From NCBI GenBank assembly GCA_016927995.1, contig JAFGLO010000008.1:2074-66073 (forward strand): DNA of 64,000 nucleotides. The letters are read 5' to 3'. Shown in pieces: positions 10,327 through 21,600 of this stretch. This stretch comes from Candidatus Dojkabacteria bacterium (GTDB taxonomy: Bacteria; Patescibacteriota; Dojkabacteria; JAFGLO01). The position numbers were made by a program, and so were the translations under genes. Each line of letters opens with the position of its first letter. Positions within the stretch are counted from its first letter, which is position 1. The notes below the pieces were generated by a model. It made no database searches. It had not been told where the DNA came from and worked only from the letters and a program-made list of their open reading frames with translations.

Positions 10327-10545
10327 CTAGAACACCACCGCCAGAAGAAAGATCAAAAGTGCAAGAATTACACATATACCCGTCCATAAAAACACCAATG
10401 ATTTAATTGCTCTCCCGTAAGAAGTTTTGATAATCTTGTGAAGCACGTTAACTCTAAAGTACATAATTATCAAAAGAAAGAAATGGTAAAAATATAAAAT
10501 TCCTACAAGCGACAAAACTACAATTGTAAAGAGTTTTTCTTCCAT
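10327..10545 (-). CDS. small hydrophobic membrane protein (hypothetical)
   Basis: 72 aa, two predicted TM helices. ATG overlaps the stop of the upstream 10545-11180 gene. No homology recognised, so it could be spurious. Confidence 0.3.
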   Translation of the reverse strand: MEEKLFTIVVLSLVGILYFYHFFLLIIMYFRVNVLHKIIKTSYGRAIKSLVFLWTGICVILALLIFLLAVVF

Positions 10546-11180
10546 TAGATTTGCACCCCCTTTTGCTTTAATTCGATAAGATCATTTAGTATATCTTGGA
10601 TTCTGCTGGGTTCTGAAACGTTAGTGAATTCAAATTCCGGGGTCTCACCGGCAGTTTGTACATAAATCGTGCCATAATTAAAAATTGATGCCCAAAGCCC
10701 TACGTTACTAACCGAAACATCTTCAATGTTTTCTATGGCCGCCTGACTAACCCTGTATGACATAAGCCCATTAAAATCGACATCAATCATTCGCTCGGTT
10801 GTTATTATGTTCATATTATAAAACCAAAAAACCATTGTATAAATGAAGTTTGTAATCGAGGCAAGTACCAAAAACACGGATCCGGCAATAACCGCTCCAC
10901 TAAATTTTACTCCCGTTAAATTGAGAATAACCGGCAGGATAACTGCAATCAAGAAAAGCCCAATCGAACTAATAAATCTAGGAAACAGTGTGATTGGGTG
11001 ACTTCTAAATACCAGAATAATTTTTTCTTTCGGCTCCTGACCATCAAGTTCAATTCCTTGGGGAAAAGAATATGCTTTCGAAAAAAGCGTACCCGAACGA
11101 AAACGATTAAGCTGCCGACCAAGAGTCATTGCTGTTTTATTGATTCGTTTTTCTGTTCTCTGCTGCTGCTTATCGATCAT
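10545..11180 (-). CDS. membrane protein with bacterial PH-like (YdbT/bPH_2-like) domain, hypothetical
   Basis: 211 aa. Polar N-terminus, two adjacent TM helices (LFLIAVILPVILNLTGV; AVIAGSVFLVLASITNFIYTMVFWF), then a C-terminal soluble domain. The architecture is typical of bPH_2 proteins. Confidence 0.4.
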   Translation of the reverse strand: MIDKQQQRTEKRINKTAMTLGRQLNRFRSGTLFSKAYSFPQGIELDGQEPKEKIILVFRSHPITLFPRFISSIGLFLIAVILPVILNLTGVKFSGAVIAGSVFLVLASITNFIYTMVFWFYNMNIITTERMIDVDFNGLMSYRVSQAAIENIEDVSVSNVGLWASIFNYGTIYVQTAGETPEFEFTNVSEPSRIQDILNDLIELKQKGVQI

Positions 11181-11248
11181 AGTTTAAAGGATTAAGTTTT
11201 ATCTTACTTGCACTCAGATCCATTATCACATGATAAATTATAACATTC

Positions 11249-13270
11249 CTATTGAAGTTCTACAATATATACCCTGTAGCCGGCACCTACATTTGCAATT
11301 GTTGTACCTCCAACGGTAACTGTCCCGGAGTTGGATAAAAGCAGATAATACTCCGAAGGAGCAACAGTGAGTCCAATTCTTATACTAATATTTGTATTAT
11401 AATCAGAAACCAATGTACCTCGATAATAGTGAGATAATATTTGATTGTAAGACTGACCGATCATTGAATAATAATACGCGCCATATTGACTTAAACCCAC
11501 CCTGTGCCCGAACCCTCGTGTCCAGAATAAAAATTCGCCATTTTGGTTTACTACATCCCAAAGTTTTGTCCAAATGGCAAGATTTCCCGAAGCTTGAACG
11601 TTGTACCCAATTCTAAAACAGTCTGCGGGCATGTCGTAAGTCCCTGCCGTACCGGTTATTCTAAGGGTTGTTGTATATTTTGTGTTTGACTGAATGGTTG
11701 TCCCACCCGTATCATAGAAGTGCTGCATTCCGGTTATTGTTCCGACTTTTGAGGTAATTCCCGAACCCAGGCCGCAATACGATATACCATAGTCAATAAT
11801 TGGAATTATGTTGCTTGAATTAAGTCCGGAATGGACTACCCCACCGGATGTTGAACATCCTGCACACCAGTATGTGTAGTAATTTAGCGGTGCCCTAAGC
11901 GAGCCGTTTTCGTAGTACCAATCAGACTCGGCCTGAACAAATCCACGAAATCCGCCCCAAACCTCCTGAGAGGAAAGCGTGTGTCCACCGCTATTTGAAT
12001 GATAGTATGGTGCAATTACCGCCCCAGCATAAGTTAATACCTTCCCGTTTACGGCATCGACAGCCGACGTCCAGTAATTTCCGTAATTTTCGATCTCCTT
12101 TATGTATCCACGATATGCTTGATCCGATGTATTATCGTAAAGGTCAAAGTTATAATTAGCCCGTTTACCAAGATTAGCTATTGCGTATGACTTTCCAATA
12201 ATTGCCTGCGATTTCAAGGCCTCCATTCCACCATTTGTTCCCCACCACGCAGACATTTCCGATAGTCCCCGGATATATTGTTCTAAGGGCAGCTCATTTA
12301 TTAGATAGACGTTAGTATCACCACGAGCCTCCAACGTACCACGATACTTTCCATATGAAAACCCTGCATCACTTGCGATTTCAAGTGGGCTTACCGATGA
12401 AACCCTGACTGGTCCCTGTACATAAGAATCATATATTGATGTTCCGCTCGCATTGGTTATTGTTACCTTAAAATATGCATTACCGGACGTTACAGGCTTT
12501 GGAAAACTCCCGCCTGACGAGCTACCCGGGTTTACACTTGCATACTTTGCTGCAATTATCCGCTGTGCGGCAATATCAAGCGATGCTATCTCGCTATCAA
12601 TGTCTTTTAAATCCGCAAGCAACTGGACTTGAGCCTGCTTTTGTGCGTTAAGAAAATTTTGGTACTGTATCTTTTGTGTTGCCAACTCTTCCGAAAGCGA
12701 TAAATATTCAACTTCCTTCTGCAAAAGTGTTTCCTTATCGGCATCCAGTTGGATTTTTGCACTTAACACCCAGCTCAACTGGTCTTCTATTTCTGTGATC
12801 TTCCTATATAAACCGGCTTCAATGTTTTCAAAGTATGCAATTGTTTCAAAATCGGAAAAATCTGTAGAAAAATAGATTAGACTTTCTTCATCTTCTGCAA
12901 CTAGTTTATAAAGCTCGGAAATCAGAGTCTTGTATTCCGTGTATTGGGTTTCAAATTCGTGTGACAGATCACCAATCTGGAGTTCAAGTGCTGCAATACT
13001 ATCTTCAAGCGTAATCTTATCCATAGCCAGTTGGGCAAGTTCTGTTTCTATTGTGTTAATTCGATCGGCAACGTAATAAATTGCGTTGCTGGCCGACGTA
13101 ATCTGATAGTTTACCGTTTTTAGATCACCCTGTTTTCCGGCTTTCTCGTCGAGCTTTTCGTCCTTTTGGTTGTTAATATCGTCAAGTTCATCGGCAAATA
13201 CGGTATTCGTAAATGCGGCCATGGAAAAAAACACAAGGGCACTTAAAAGAATTTTGGACAGCATCTTCAT
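11249..13270 (-). CDS. SpoIID/LytB-domain protein with N-terminal signal peptide and long coiled-coil
   Basis: 673 aa. Signal peptide MKMLSKILLSALVFFSMAAFTNTVFA. About 250 aa of heptad-rich coiled coil. C-terminal SpoIID/LytB signature GFGHRVGLSQYGAYYYSMIGQSYNQILSHYYRGT. Confidence 0.7.
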   Translation of the reverse strand: MKMLSKILLSALVFFSMAAFTNTVFADELDDINNQKDEKLDEKAGKQGDLKTVNYQITSASNAIYYVADRINTIETELAQLAMDKITLEDSIAALELQIGDLSHEFETQYTEYKTLISELYKLVAEDEESLIYFSTDFSDFETIAYFENIEAGLYRKITEIEDQLSWVLSAKIQLDADKETLLQKEVEYLSLSEELATQKIQYQNFLNAQKQAQVQLLADLKDIDSEIASLDIAAQRIIAAKYASVNPGSSSGGSFPKPVTSGNAYFKVTITNASGTSIYDSYVQGPVRVSSVSPLEIASDAGFSYGKYRGTLEARGDTNVYLINELPLEQYIRGLSEMSAWWGTNGGMEALKSQAIIGKSYAIANLGKRANYNFDLYDNTSDQAYRGYIKEIENYGNYWTSAVDAVNGKVLTYAGAVIAPYYHSNSGGHTLSSQEVWGGFRGFVQAESDWYYENGSLRAPLNYYTYWCAGCSTSGGVVHSGLNSSNIIPIIDYGISYCGLGSGITSKVGTITGMQHFYDTGGTTIQSNTKYTTTLRITGTAGTYDMPADCFRIGYNVQASGNLAIWTKLWDVVNQNGEFLFWTRGFGHRVGLSQYGAYYYSMIGQSYNQILSHYYRGTLVSDYNTNISIRIGLTVAPSEYYLLLSNSGTVTVGGTTIANVGAGYRVYIVELQ

Positions 13271-13381
13271 ACATTCAGTATACTACAGGGGGCAAGTAGG
13301 CTGCAACTAAGGATCTGTAAGTCGAATTAGTCAGTAAACCTTATGAAAACTCACCCGACAAAATCTTAGTCTAAATGCAGA

Positions 13382-13864
13382 TCATTTTTTACCGGATTTG
13401 ACAACAATTCGCTTAATATAGTCATCTTCGGAACCAATGCTTTCGGTAATAACACCTTTAATTGTTTCAATTTCCAGATGAATAACTCTTCTGTCAAAAG
13501 GATTCATGGGTCCAAGATCAACAGGTAGTCCGGTATCATTAACTTGGATAACAGCCTGCTGTGCAATTGTCTTAAGCTTTTCGACATGCTCGGTCTTGTA
13601 ATTATTGATATCTAAAAACAGTTTCGCGTCCCCTATATTGTCTTTTTGCACAATGGTTAGTACAAATTGTAAGGAATTAAGGATCTGACCTTTGTACCCA
13701 ATTAGCCGCCCACCCTCCTCACTTGTTATGTTTACGTTTACACAGGCTTGATCGCCCTTACCCTCTGTTGAAATATCAATTGTTGCTTCAACCTCAAGAA
13801 GATCCAAAAGCTTCTTTACTGCTGTTTCTACATTTTTTGTGGAAATTTTGGACATGATACGCAC
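13382..13864 (-). CDS. jag: Jag/SpoIIIJ-associated RNA-binding protein (KH + R3H domains)
   Basis: 160 aa. Sits immediately downstream of yidC in the conserved rpmH-rnpA-yidC-jag order. KH-like GYKGQILNSLQ and R3H-like C-terminal region. Confidence 0.75.
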   Translation of the reverse strand: MRIMSKISTKNVETAVKKLLDLLEVEATIDISTEGKGDQACVNVNITSEEGGRLIGYKGQILNSLQFVLTIVQKDNIGDAKLFLDINNYKTEHVEKLKTIAQQAVIQVNDTGLPVDLGPMNPFDRRVIHLEIETIKGVITESIGSEDDYIKRIVVKSGKK

Positions 13865-13873
13865 TTTAAAAAT

Positions 13874-14731
13874 TTAATTCTTTTTTTTAGGGCTCTTTTG
13901 AGGCAATTTGTCCTGTCTTCTTTTGGAAAGCTCGGCATTTACGATAAGTTGTTGCGCAATTGAAACAGCCGACTGTACTATCCAGTAAACAGATAAGCCC
14001 AATGGCATTGTCCATGCTACATTCCCAAAGATAACCGCCATAAATCCCGAGTTAATTAAGAGAAATGTTGGCGAATTCATTTGAGCCATTGGATCAGGCT
14101 CAGCATCTTTCTTTTTCTTTTGATTCCTTTTCTCTTCATCAGTTCGCTTACTTGATGAAATCGTGCTAACATAGCTACTTGCAAACTGTATCAAAACCAC
14201 GAGAACAATTCCCAAAATATAGGGCAGCGATTCCATTGCCCAGAATCCGAAATCTTTGGTTACGTTACTTGCAGTCTTCGCAAAGTCAATCCCGAATTCC
14301 GAAAGCTTAACTGTAACATCACCGGAAAGTTTAAATAAACTCATTATAAATGGATACAATACCATTCCTTCACCGTTAGAAATTTTTCTAATTACGGAAT
14401 AAAGTGTAATTACAATCGGCAGTTGAATAATTAAAGAAGTTAAGCACCCCATTGGGTTGTATTTAATCTCTTTATATAAAGCAACTGTTTCTTGCTGTAA
14501 CTTTACAGGGTTGTCCTTGTATTTTTCCCTTAATTTTTCAATTCTCGGCTGTGCCTCTTTTAAGCGATGAGCCGACTCCAGCTGCTTTTTATATAAAGGA
14601 TAAACCAACACTTTTATAAGAACAGTTATCAAGACAATTCCGAAAATAAAACTCTGCCCAGTAAGAAAATAAAAAATTGCAAAAATATTTGTTACGGGCT
14701 GAATCAAGATTAGGTTAAAAAAATCTGCCAT
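13874..14731 (-). CDS. yidC: membrane protein insertase YidC/Oxa1 family (short form)
   Basis: 285 aa. Conserved YidC core: ...IKVLVYPLYKKQLESAHRLKEAQPRIEKLREKYKDNPVKLQQETVALYKEIKYNPMGC... with five hydrophobic helices and a basic C-terminal tail. Confidence 0.85.
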   Translation of the reverse strand: MADFFNLILIQPVTNIFAIFYFLTGQSFIFGIVLITVLIKVLVYPLYKKQLESAHRLKEAQPRIEKLREKYKDNPVKLQQETVALYKEIKYNPMGCLTSLIIQLPIVITLYSVIRKISNGEGMVLYPFIMSLFKLSGDVTVKLSEFGIDFAKTASNVTKDFGFWAMESLPYILGIVLVVLIQFASSYVSTISSSKRTDEEKRNQKKKKDAEPDPMAQMNSPTFLLINSGFMAVIFGNVAWTMPLGLSVYWIVQSAVSIAQQLIVNAELSKRRQDKLPQKSPKKKN

Positions 14732-14743
14732 TTTAAGCCCTTT

Positions 14744-15067
14744 TTAATTTATTATTCTTGTTAATGTATCCCAAACCTCTTTATAGTGTGGACTTTTGTG
14801 ACCTTTAAAAACATATACCAAACCTACGCTCTTGTCTTTTGACTTGCGTAATATATCAGTAAATGCGGCTCTAAACAACCGTTTAATCCTGTTTCGAACC
14901 ACTGCAAGCTTTGATACTTTCTTTGAAACGATTACGGAAAGAACGCTTTTTTTAAGATCTGTGTTTAGAATAAACCCGTATCCATACTCGGTCCTAAAAT
15001 ATTTACCTTTCGACTTTATCAACGAGAATTGCTTGGGAGACGATACCGTGTCAAAAAATTTACCCAT
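14744..15067 (-). CDS. rnpA: ribonuclease P protein component RnpA
   Basis: 107 aa, basic protein with RnpA motif VVRNRIKRLFRAAF. Located between rpmH and yidC. Confidence 0.8.
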   Translation of the reverse strand: MGKFFDTVSSPKQFSLIKSKGKYFRTEYGYGFILNTDLKKSVLSVIVSKKVSKLAVVRNRIKRLFRAAFTDILRKSKDKSVGLVYVFKGHKSPHYKEVWDTLTRIIN

Positions 15068-15087
15068 AAGAAAAAAAGAAACTAAAA

Positions 15088-15258
15088 CTTTTTGCCAAGT
15101 CCTGTCATTTCTTTTGTAACGGAAAGACTTTCCCGACCTTTTAATTTTCTTCGCTTTATAACTTTTCGTCCATCTTTGGTTGCCATTCTGGCCCTAAATC
15201 CAAACTTTTTGTTTCTGGTTCTTTTGTTGGGTTGATAGGTACGTTTTGTCTTTGCCAT
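15088..15258 (-). CDS. rpmH: 50S ribosomal protein L34
   Basis: Not in the ORF track because it is under 60 aa. Minus-strand ATG at 15258 translates to [48 protein letters not shown]..., the canonical L34 sequence. Directly upstream of rnpA. Confidence 0.8.
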
Positions 15259-15427
15259 GACAATTTTTTAAAATTTAATTTTCAGTATTATTTCAAGAAT
15301 AATGGATAACTCTTTACGGAGTAAATGTAACTAGTGTATAATACACCGTTACTTTCACAGTGTCAATGAAGTCTGCTTCCCTACTGAAATTACAAAGAAG
15401 CTAAAACCTAATTTAATCTACAAGTTA

Positions 15428-16111
15428 ATGGAAGATATTCACGTAGACAAAAGGACCGTTACCGGAAAAGCATGCAGAACCTTAAGAAATGACGGTATTA
15501 CCCCTGCTGTAATCTATGGTTATGGAAAAAATCGCGAATCCAAGAATATTCAGCTAACCCAAGAAACGTTACACGAAGTCATGGGTAGACTAAGCTCAGC
15601 AAGACCGGTTCAGCTCGAACTTGATGAGACACTAATCTTGGCAATCATTAAGGATGTTGTCATGCATCCGGTAACCAACGATATACTTCACGTAGACTTT
15701 ATGGCAGTTAATGAAAATACCCCTGTTACAGTTTCCGTTCCGGTTGTACTTACCGGGATTTCACCTGCCGTTAAAAATAACATTGGAGTTCTTGTACATG
15801 AGCTTGATCAGGTCGAGGTCACCTGTCTCCCAGATTACATTCCGGACCAAATAGATGTTGATATTACTACACTCAAAGTAATCGGTGACAACGTATTGGT
15901 CGAAGATTTAAAGCTCCCCGAGAATTTAAGTCTTTCCGAAAAGGAATTAAAACGAACGGTTGTGACTATAGCCAAGGCTCAAAAGGTTATTGAAGAAACA
16001 ACAGAAACCACCCCGGGTGAAGAATCCGAGGAGGAGAGCGATTCTACCGGAAAAGAAAGTGAAAACCTTTCGGATGGTGAATCCGCTAACGATGAGCAAC
16101 CCAAGGAGTAA
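15428..16111 (+). CDS. rplY: 50S ribosomal protein L25 / general stress protein Ctc
   Basis: 227 aa. N-terminal L25 beta-barrel signature (RTVTGKACRTLRNDGITPAVIYGYGKNRE...) and Ctc-type C-terminal domain with acidic tail. Divergent from rpmH, with a TGTATAAT -10-like element in the shared intergenic region. Confidence 0.85.
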   Translation: MEDIHVDKRTVTGKACRTLRNDGITPAVIYGYGKNRESKNIQLTQETLHEVMGRLSSARPVQLELDETLILAIIKDVVMHPVTNDILHVDFMAVNENTPVTVSVPVVLTGISPAVKNNIGVLVHELDQVEVTCLPDYIPDQIDVDITTLKVIGDNVLVEDLKLPENLSLSEKELKRTVVTIAKAQKVIEETTETTPGEESEEESDSTGKESENLSDGESANDEQPKE

Positions 16112-16180
16112 ACCGGATATCGTTCTAACACTAAATCCTTTTATGATACCCTGTTTGGGGTGGGATTTTAGTATCAAAAG

Positions 16181-16807
16181 TCAACTAAAGAAAGTTTTAA
16201 GAGCAGATATATCATTGTTCGTTTCATCTGATAATTCGATAGCCCCTACTTCTATCCAGGTTGGATATTGCACCTCTTGGGCATGTCTTACAGGCTGGAT
16301 ACGAAACCCAAAGCTTAACACGGGACTGCCATCTACTTCTTTAAGCACCGCATATTTATCTCTTCCGGCAACGACCAAGTTGACGGTTTCGGGGTTTTTA
16401 GTCTGCGAAACAAAAGGGAGTCCCCAATCAGTAAACGAGGAAACATCTAAATACTTCCCATCTTTAAAAATTTGCGGATTTGTCAATTCTATATAATCTT
16501 TATCGCCGTTACATAAAACTTCAACCCTCGCCCGTAGTTCCTGTAGTTGTCCCCATGGTTCTGCGCACGTATACATTCTTGCAAAACGACTTCCCGAAAC
16601 AATCCTGGTATCTTCGTTCGCAGCCGGTTGTTGAATATATATTTTGTCTTTCCCAAATTGAGGAGAAACCATTTGTCTAACCATTAAAGGCCCGGATTCG
16701 AGTGAAAGCCTATGAATTAAATCCCGGGCATTTGATGCTTCCAAAAGTATGGAAGCAAAAGCACCAAAATCCATGAACCTGTTTCGAGGTTCACTTAAAA
16801 TGTCCAC
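16181..16807 (-). CDS. hypothetical cytoplasmic protein
   Basis: 208 aa intact ORF, no TM segment and no motif recognised. Confidence 0.4.
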   Translation of the reverse strand: MDILSEPRNRFMDFGAFASILLEASNARDLIHRLSLESGPLMVRQMVSPQFGKDKIYIQQPAANEDTRIVSGSRFARMYTCAEPWGQLQELRARVEVLCNGDKDYIELTNPQIFKDGKYLDVSSFTDWGLPFVSQTKNPETVNLVVAGRDKYAVLKEVDGSPVLSFGFRIQPVRHAQEVQYPTWIEVGAIELSDETNNDISALKTFFS

Positions 16808-16870
16808 GCTATAAATCTTTTCTTTCTTATTTAGTCAAAAAGACAATGTTTTAACCAATTAGAAACAAGG

Positions 16871-18520
16871 TTATTCAAAACTTTTTTCAAAAGTATTGTT
16901 TAACTCATTTGTTTCAATTACCGTATCTCTATAATCAACCGAGGCCTCAATATGCATAACCTGATCCCCTCCATTATCCCCTATTACGCCACGAGTTATA
17001 CTACCCGTACGCATACAAGTACCGGGTTCCGGAACGGAAAATGGGTAATGATGGTTGGTTTCAAATAATACACCCGTTTCCTTATTTTTTATACTCAATG
17101 TCAAGAACCCGTCACTGGAACTTGTTCCTACATTACAAAAATCAATATAGTAATAATAAGCGTTCCTACTCACTCCCGAAACAATTAGATCAACACCTTG
17201 CTCCTCGGTAGCCTCTGGAACATAAATAAAGTTATTACCGGCACCATGTCCACCCAAAACATCACCTGACGAGAGATAAATCTCATTGGGCCAAGTATAT
17301 GAAAGGTATCCTGAGTAGAAAGGAATTATAGATATAGAATCATCCGTAAAAACACTCGGGAATACTTCGTATAATGTTTTCCTGCTTCTTAACCGAGAGA
17401 AAGATTCCCAACAAACAAAATATAGCTGACCTGTTTTTGAAATAGTCTTTCCCTCTAAGTATTCGGACTGAGCAAACCAACTTCCGGGATATTCTTCGTA
17501 AAAAACATAGCCTTGAGTTACGTCGTCAACCTGTGGCATTTTAACGTAAACACCAAAATCGGTGTCATCCTGTTCATATCGATATGTTGCTATCTCACCA
17601 TTTGCATGCATTACTGTAAGCTCATAGTAGTCAACCTGTGCAGGCATTGTAAACCTATCGGTCATCATCCAATCCATATCAAAATAAAATCCGGACCTTT
17701 TAGTATCTATATATGTCATTGGAGCAAATGGAAGTCTAGTCATATCGGTAAGTTCTGCAGAATAACCATCTTTTCTAACAAATTTAAACTTCACTGCGGT
17801 TGTACCCTGACCCACAATAAAATTTATATGTTCATCCATTGCAACAATTAATGGTACTTTATTAGCCGTTTCTGCTGACGGAGCAGTTACTCTATCCTGG
17901 GTTGATTCATCCAACGTAATCACTTCTGAATCTAAATTTACAGTCCAAGTCCAATATTCTGGCGCCCTTCCATTTGGATAAATTATCAATGCTTCAATAT
18001 TGGCACTATATCCAGAAGGAAGTTCAACAGAAAGCATGTTTGATTGTTCGGTCTGGTAAATCTTTATATCTTTTATTCTTTGATACTTAACCCTATCGAC
18101 AACTTCTGAATCAATGTATGCCAGTTGCGTTCCGGAAGGACCAACAACGTTTACGGTTGAAATAGATGCAGCTTTTATATCAGATTCTGCGGATATATTG
18201 CTAACAATTGTAGTTTCCGGCGTACTTACGGGTTCTTGAGTGTTAGAAGCCGTTTCTGCCTGTGATATCGAGCTATCCAACGCTTCGACAATCTGATCTG
18301 TTGTAGCACTTGAGTTAACTTCAAGAATTGTCTGAGTTCCAAGTTTGTATGTAGTTACCGTCTCACTATAGTTGCTAACGGTCCAGTCGACAACCGAAGA
18401 CGTGTTATCTTCAAGATTTGTTTGAGTATTAGTTTTATGTGGATCCAGAAGCAAATATCCAACGAACGCAATATCCGCCAACAGGAAAACGGTGAGAATG
18501 ATTCTTGTAAAAACTTTCAT
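16871..18520 (-). CDS. secreted/membrane-anchored hypothetical protein
   Basis: 549 aa. N-terminal hydrophobic helix IILTVFLLADIAFVGYLLL, Ser/Thr-rich linker, then large domain. No motif recognised. Confidence 0.45.
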   Translation of the reverse strand: MKVFTRIILTVFLLADIAFVGYLLLDPHKTNTQTNLEDNTSSVVDWTVSNYSETVTTYKLGTQTILEVNSSATTDQIVEALDSSISQAETASNTQEPVSTPETTIVSNISAESDIKAASISTVNVVGPSGTQLAYIDSEVVDRVKYQRIKDIKIYQTEQSNMLSVELPSGYSANIEALIIYPNGRAPEYWTWTVNLDSEVITLDESTQDRVTAPSAETANKVPLIVAMDEHINFIVGQGTTAVKFKFVRKDGYSAELTDMTRLPFAPMTYIDTKRSGFYFDMDWMMTDRFTMPAQVDYYELTVMHANGEIATYRYEQDDTDFGVYVKMPQVDDVTQGYVFYEEYPGSWFAQSEYLEGKTISKTGQLYFVCWESFSRLRSRKTLYEVFPSVFTDDSISIIPFYSGYLSYTWPNEIYLSSGDVLGGHGAGNNFIYVPEATEEQGVDLIVSGVSRNAYYYYIDFCNVGTSSSDGFLTLSIKNKETGVLFETNHHYPFSVPEPGTCMRTGSITRGVIGDNGGDQVMHIEASVDYRDTVIETNELNNTFEKSFE

Positions 18521-18677
18521 GTAGTTTTGAAGAACTTATTTAAGGTATCCTGTTTCGTATTATACACCAAAAGGTCGGATTAGTATCACTCGTCTTTTGT
18601 ACAAGTCAACCTGGATAATCGATAATACTATTTGGACAATCTTGCGATACATAGACTCAGGCTATATACTACACACA

Positions 18678-21600
18678 ATGGAAAAGACACTGAAAATAAA
18701 CAAAAATCAACAGGCGGCAATTGCACATATAGATGGTCCGGCACTTGTGATCGCAGGTGCGGGAACGGGAAAAACATTTGTTATAACTCAAAGAATCGTA
18801 AGTCTAATAAAAACAAAGAAAGCCCTACCCTCCGAAATACTTGCCTTAACCTTCACAAATAAGGCTGCCTCCGAAATGGCAGAGCGTGTTGACCAAGCGT
18901 TGCCGCTAGGGACATTTACCGAGTGGATTATGACTTTTCACACATTCTGTGAAAAAATTCTAAAACAAAATGCAGTGCATTTTGACTTGGAGCCAAGTTT
19001 TAGATTAATAAATAAGCGTGAAGCTATACACCTTTTTAAGGAATATATCCGTGCTTTTTCACTAGATAGATACCGTCCCAGTGGTAATAAATATAAATAT
19101 GTAAGTGATATCTTGTCTTTCTTTAGTAGAGTTCAAGATGAAGCATATAGCGCCCAGGAATTCTTTAATTACGTGACCAAATCATTACTTTCCTTCCTTA
19201 AAAAACATGGACTTTCTGAGTCACAGTTTAAAAATCTTTTAGATAAAAATCAGGTAAAAACAACGATTGACTCTTTCGTATACACTGTAAGCAACCCAAA
19301 AAAAATTCCATCCTGGAAAAATCTTGCTAACATCTATCCAAAAGTCGAAGAGATTCCCGAAGATGTATCTGCAGAATTTAATACATTGGCCGGAAATTTT
19401 GAACTGGCAAGAGTTTTTGTGGAATTTGAGTCTGTAAAAAATGAGCTTAATCTTCTTGATTTCGGAGATATGGTTCAAAAAACAATCGAATTATTCAAGA
19501 AAAGACCTGCAATTCTTAAGAAATATCAACAGCTCTTTAAATATATATTGGTTGACGAGTTCCAAGATACAAACTATGCACAGTACGCACTTTTGAAACT
19601 TTTAGCCCATCCTAATAATAACTTAATGGTTGTCGGCGACGACGATCAATCAATCTACAAATTTAGAGGTGCATCAATTTCAAATATACTAACATTCCAA
19701 AAAGATTTTCCTAAAACTGAGGTGTATGTACTTGTTGACAACTATCGTTCAACACAACCTATCTTAAATCTTGCATATCAAAGTATTCAAAATAATAACC
19801 CCGATAGGCTTGAAATAAAGACCAAAATCTCAAAACTGCTAAAGGCACAGGGGAATGAGCTAGATACAGAAATAAACGTCACCGTGTCAGAAACCGGTTA
19901 CGACGAGGCTGAATGGATTGCCCGTGAAATTTCCAAACTTACAGGAATAAAACTTTCCAAGCTCTATTCTGACAGCAAACCAAATTCTGTTGAGATTGTA
20001 ATCTCTGAACCTAAGAAAGAGACAGAGCCCGGGCAACTTACACTTATTCAGGAAAATGAAGCAAGTAAAAATATCGCACTCTCAGATATTTCAATTCTTG
20101 CCCGAAGCCTAAATCACGTAAATCAGATTACCGAGGTTTTCTCAAAAGCAGGAATTCCTTATAACCTTGCACAGGGCAAAAATCTGCTAACGGAAGACGA
20201 AGTACTTTTTATTCTTTCGTTTCTGCGTGTTTTGACTGATTATACAGACGATCTTTCAATGCTGTATCTACTTAGACATAAATATAACCAACTAAATCCT
20301 CGTGACTTTATGTTGATTAACCAAAAGGCAAAATATTCCAAAGAGACGGTTCTTTTATGGATTGAACGTAATTTGGGACTATCGCTTGATAACCCTGAAG
20401 CCAAGCCCGTACTATCCCCCGAGATTATAAATCTTCATATAAAAGATGATTCCATTGAAAAGATTACCAAAATATTTAATCTAATTGCAGAATCTCTTAA
20501 ATTGGTTCGAGATCAAAAGGATTTAACCTTCATTGTTTACAACACTCTTTCAAAACTAGATGTACTTATAAACCTCACAAAGGAAGATAATATTTCAGCA
20601 AAGATTGAAATTAATAATATTGAACGAATTTTAAACATAATCAAGACTTTTTCGTTAAAATTTGGAACTACTAATCCCGATGACTTTGTAAGATATATCG
20701 ATTCCATAAAGTTTTCCGGTGAACCGCCCGAGGACGAGGAGGAATTTAGTTCGGTAGATGCAGTAAATATTTTAACGGTCCATAAGGCGAAGGGTCTCGA
20801 ATTTGACACTGTTTTTCTTGTTGGACTGGCGGGAAGGAGATTTCCATCGGATGATAGAAAAGATCCGATTGATTTACCAAGCCATATTATTCATGAAATA
20901 TTACCCGAGGGAGATTTTCATATTCAGGAGGAACGACGGCTATTTTACGTTGCACTAACACGAGCAAAACGTCGACTATTCTTAAGTTTTGCCCAAAAAT
21001 ATAACGACGGGAAACAGATTAAAAAGCCAAGTGTCTTTTTGGCTGAACTTGGAATAAATGCAAGCGCCACACCAAAGCCGGATCTTAACCGAGACAAACT
21101 TTCCGAAATTATGATTGATTCCAGTCTTACCCCGGACAATAAAGCCATTCCGTTTTGGGAACCAAAGGTTTCAACATTAAGCTACTCCCAACTTAATTCA
21201 TACGAAAGTTGTCCATATCAATACAAACTTCGGTATATTCTAAAGCTCCCATCAAAACAAAGTGCAACCTTTTTTTACGGTTCGATAATTCACGAGCTTT
21301 TAAAGCATATGTTCCTTTATTTAAAACAAAATAATAAACAACTTCCAATCGAAAATGCACTTGCGTTTATCGATAACAGTTGGGATCCTTCGCCCTTTGA
21401 TACAAAAGAAGAATCCGAAGCACAAAAGCAAACAGCAAAGAAAACCGTTCAAAACTTTTACGCAAAGCACTATGAATCTAAAGGCTCACTTGTGGTAATT
21501 GAAGATACGTTTAAAGTTCTTCTAAAGGATATTGTGCTTACAGGGAGAATCGACAGAGTTGATAAAACAAATGATAATAAATTCAGGATTATCGACTACA

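Noticed and set aside
18597-18677. N-terminal 27-aa extension of the helicase ORF (MYKSTWIIDNTIWTILRYIDSGYILHT)
   Set aside because: Helicase homology begins at the internal MEKTLKINKNQQAAI and the upstream extension is hydrophobic junk, so the start is moved to 18678.
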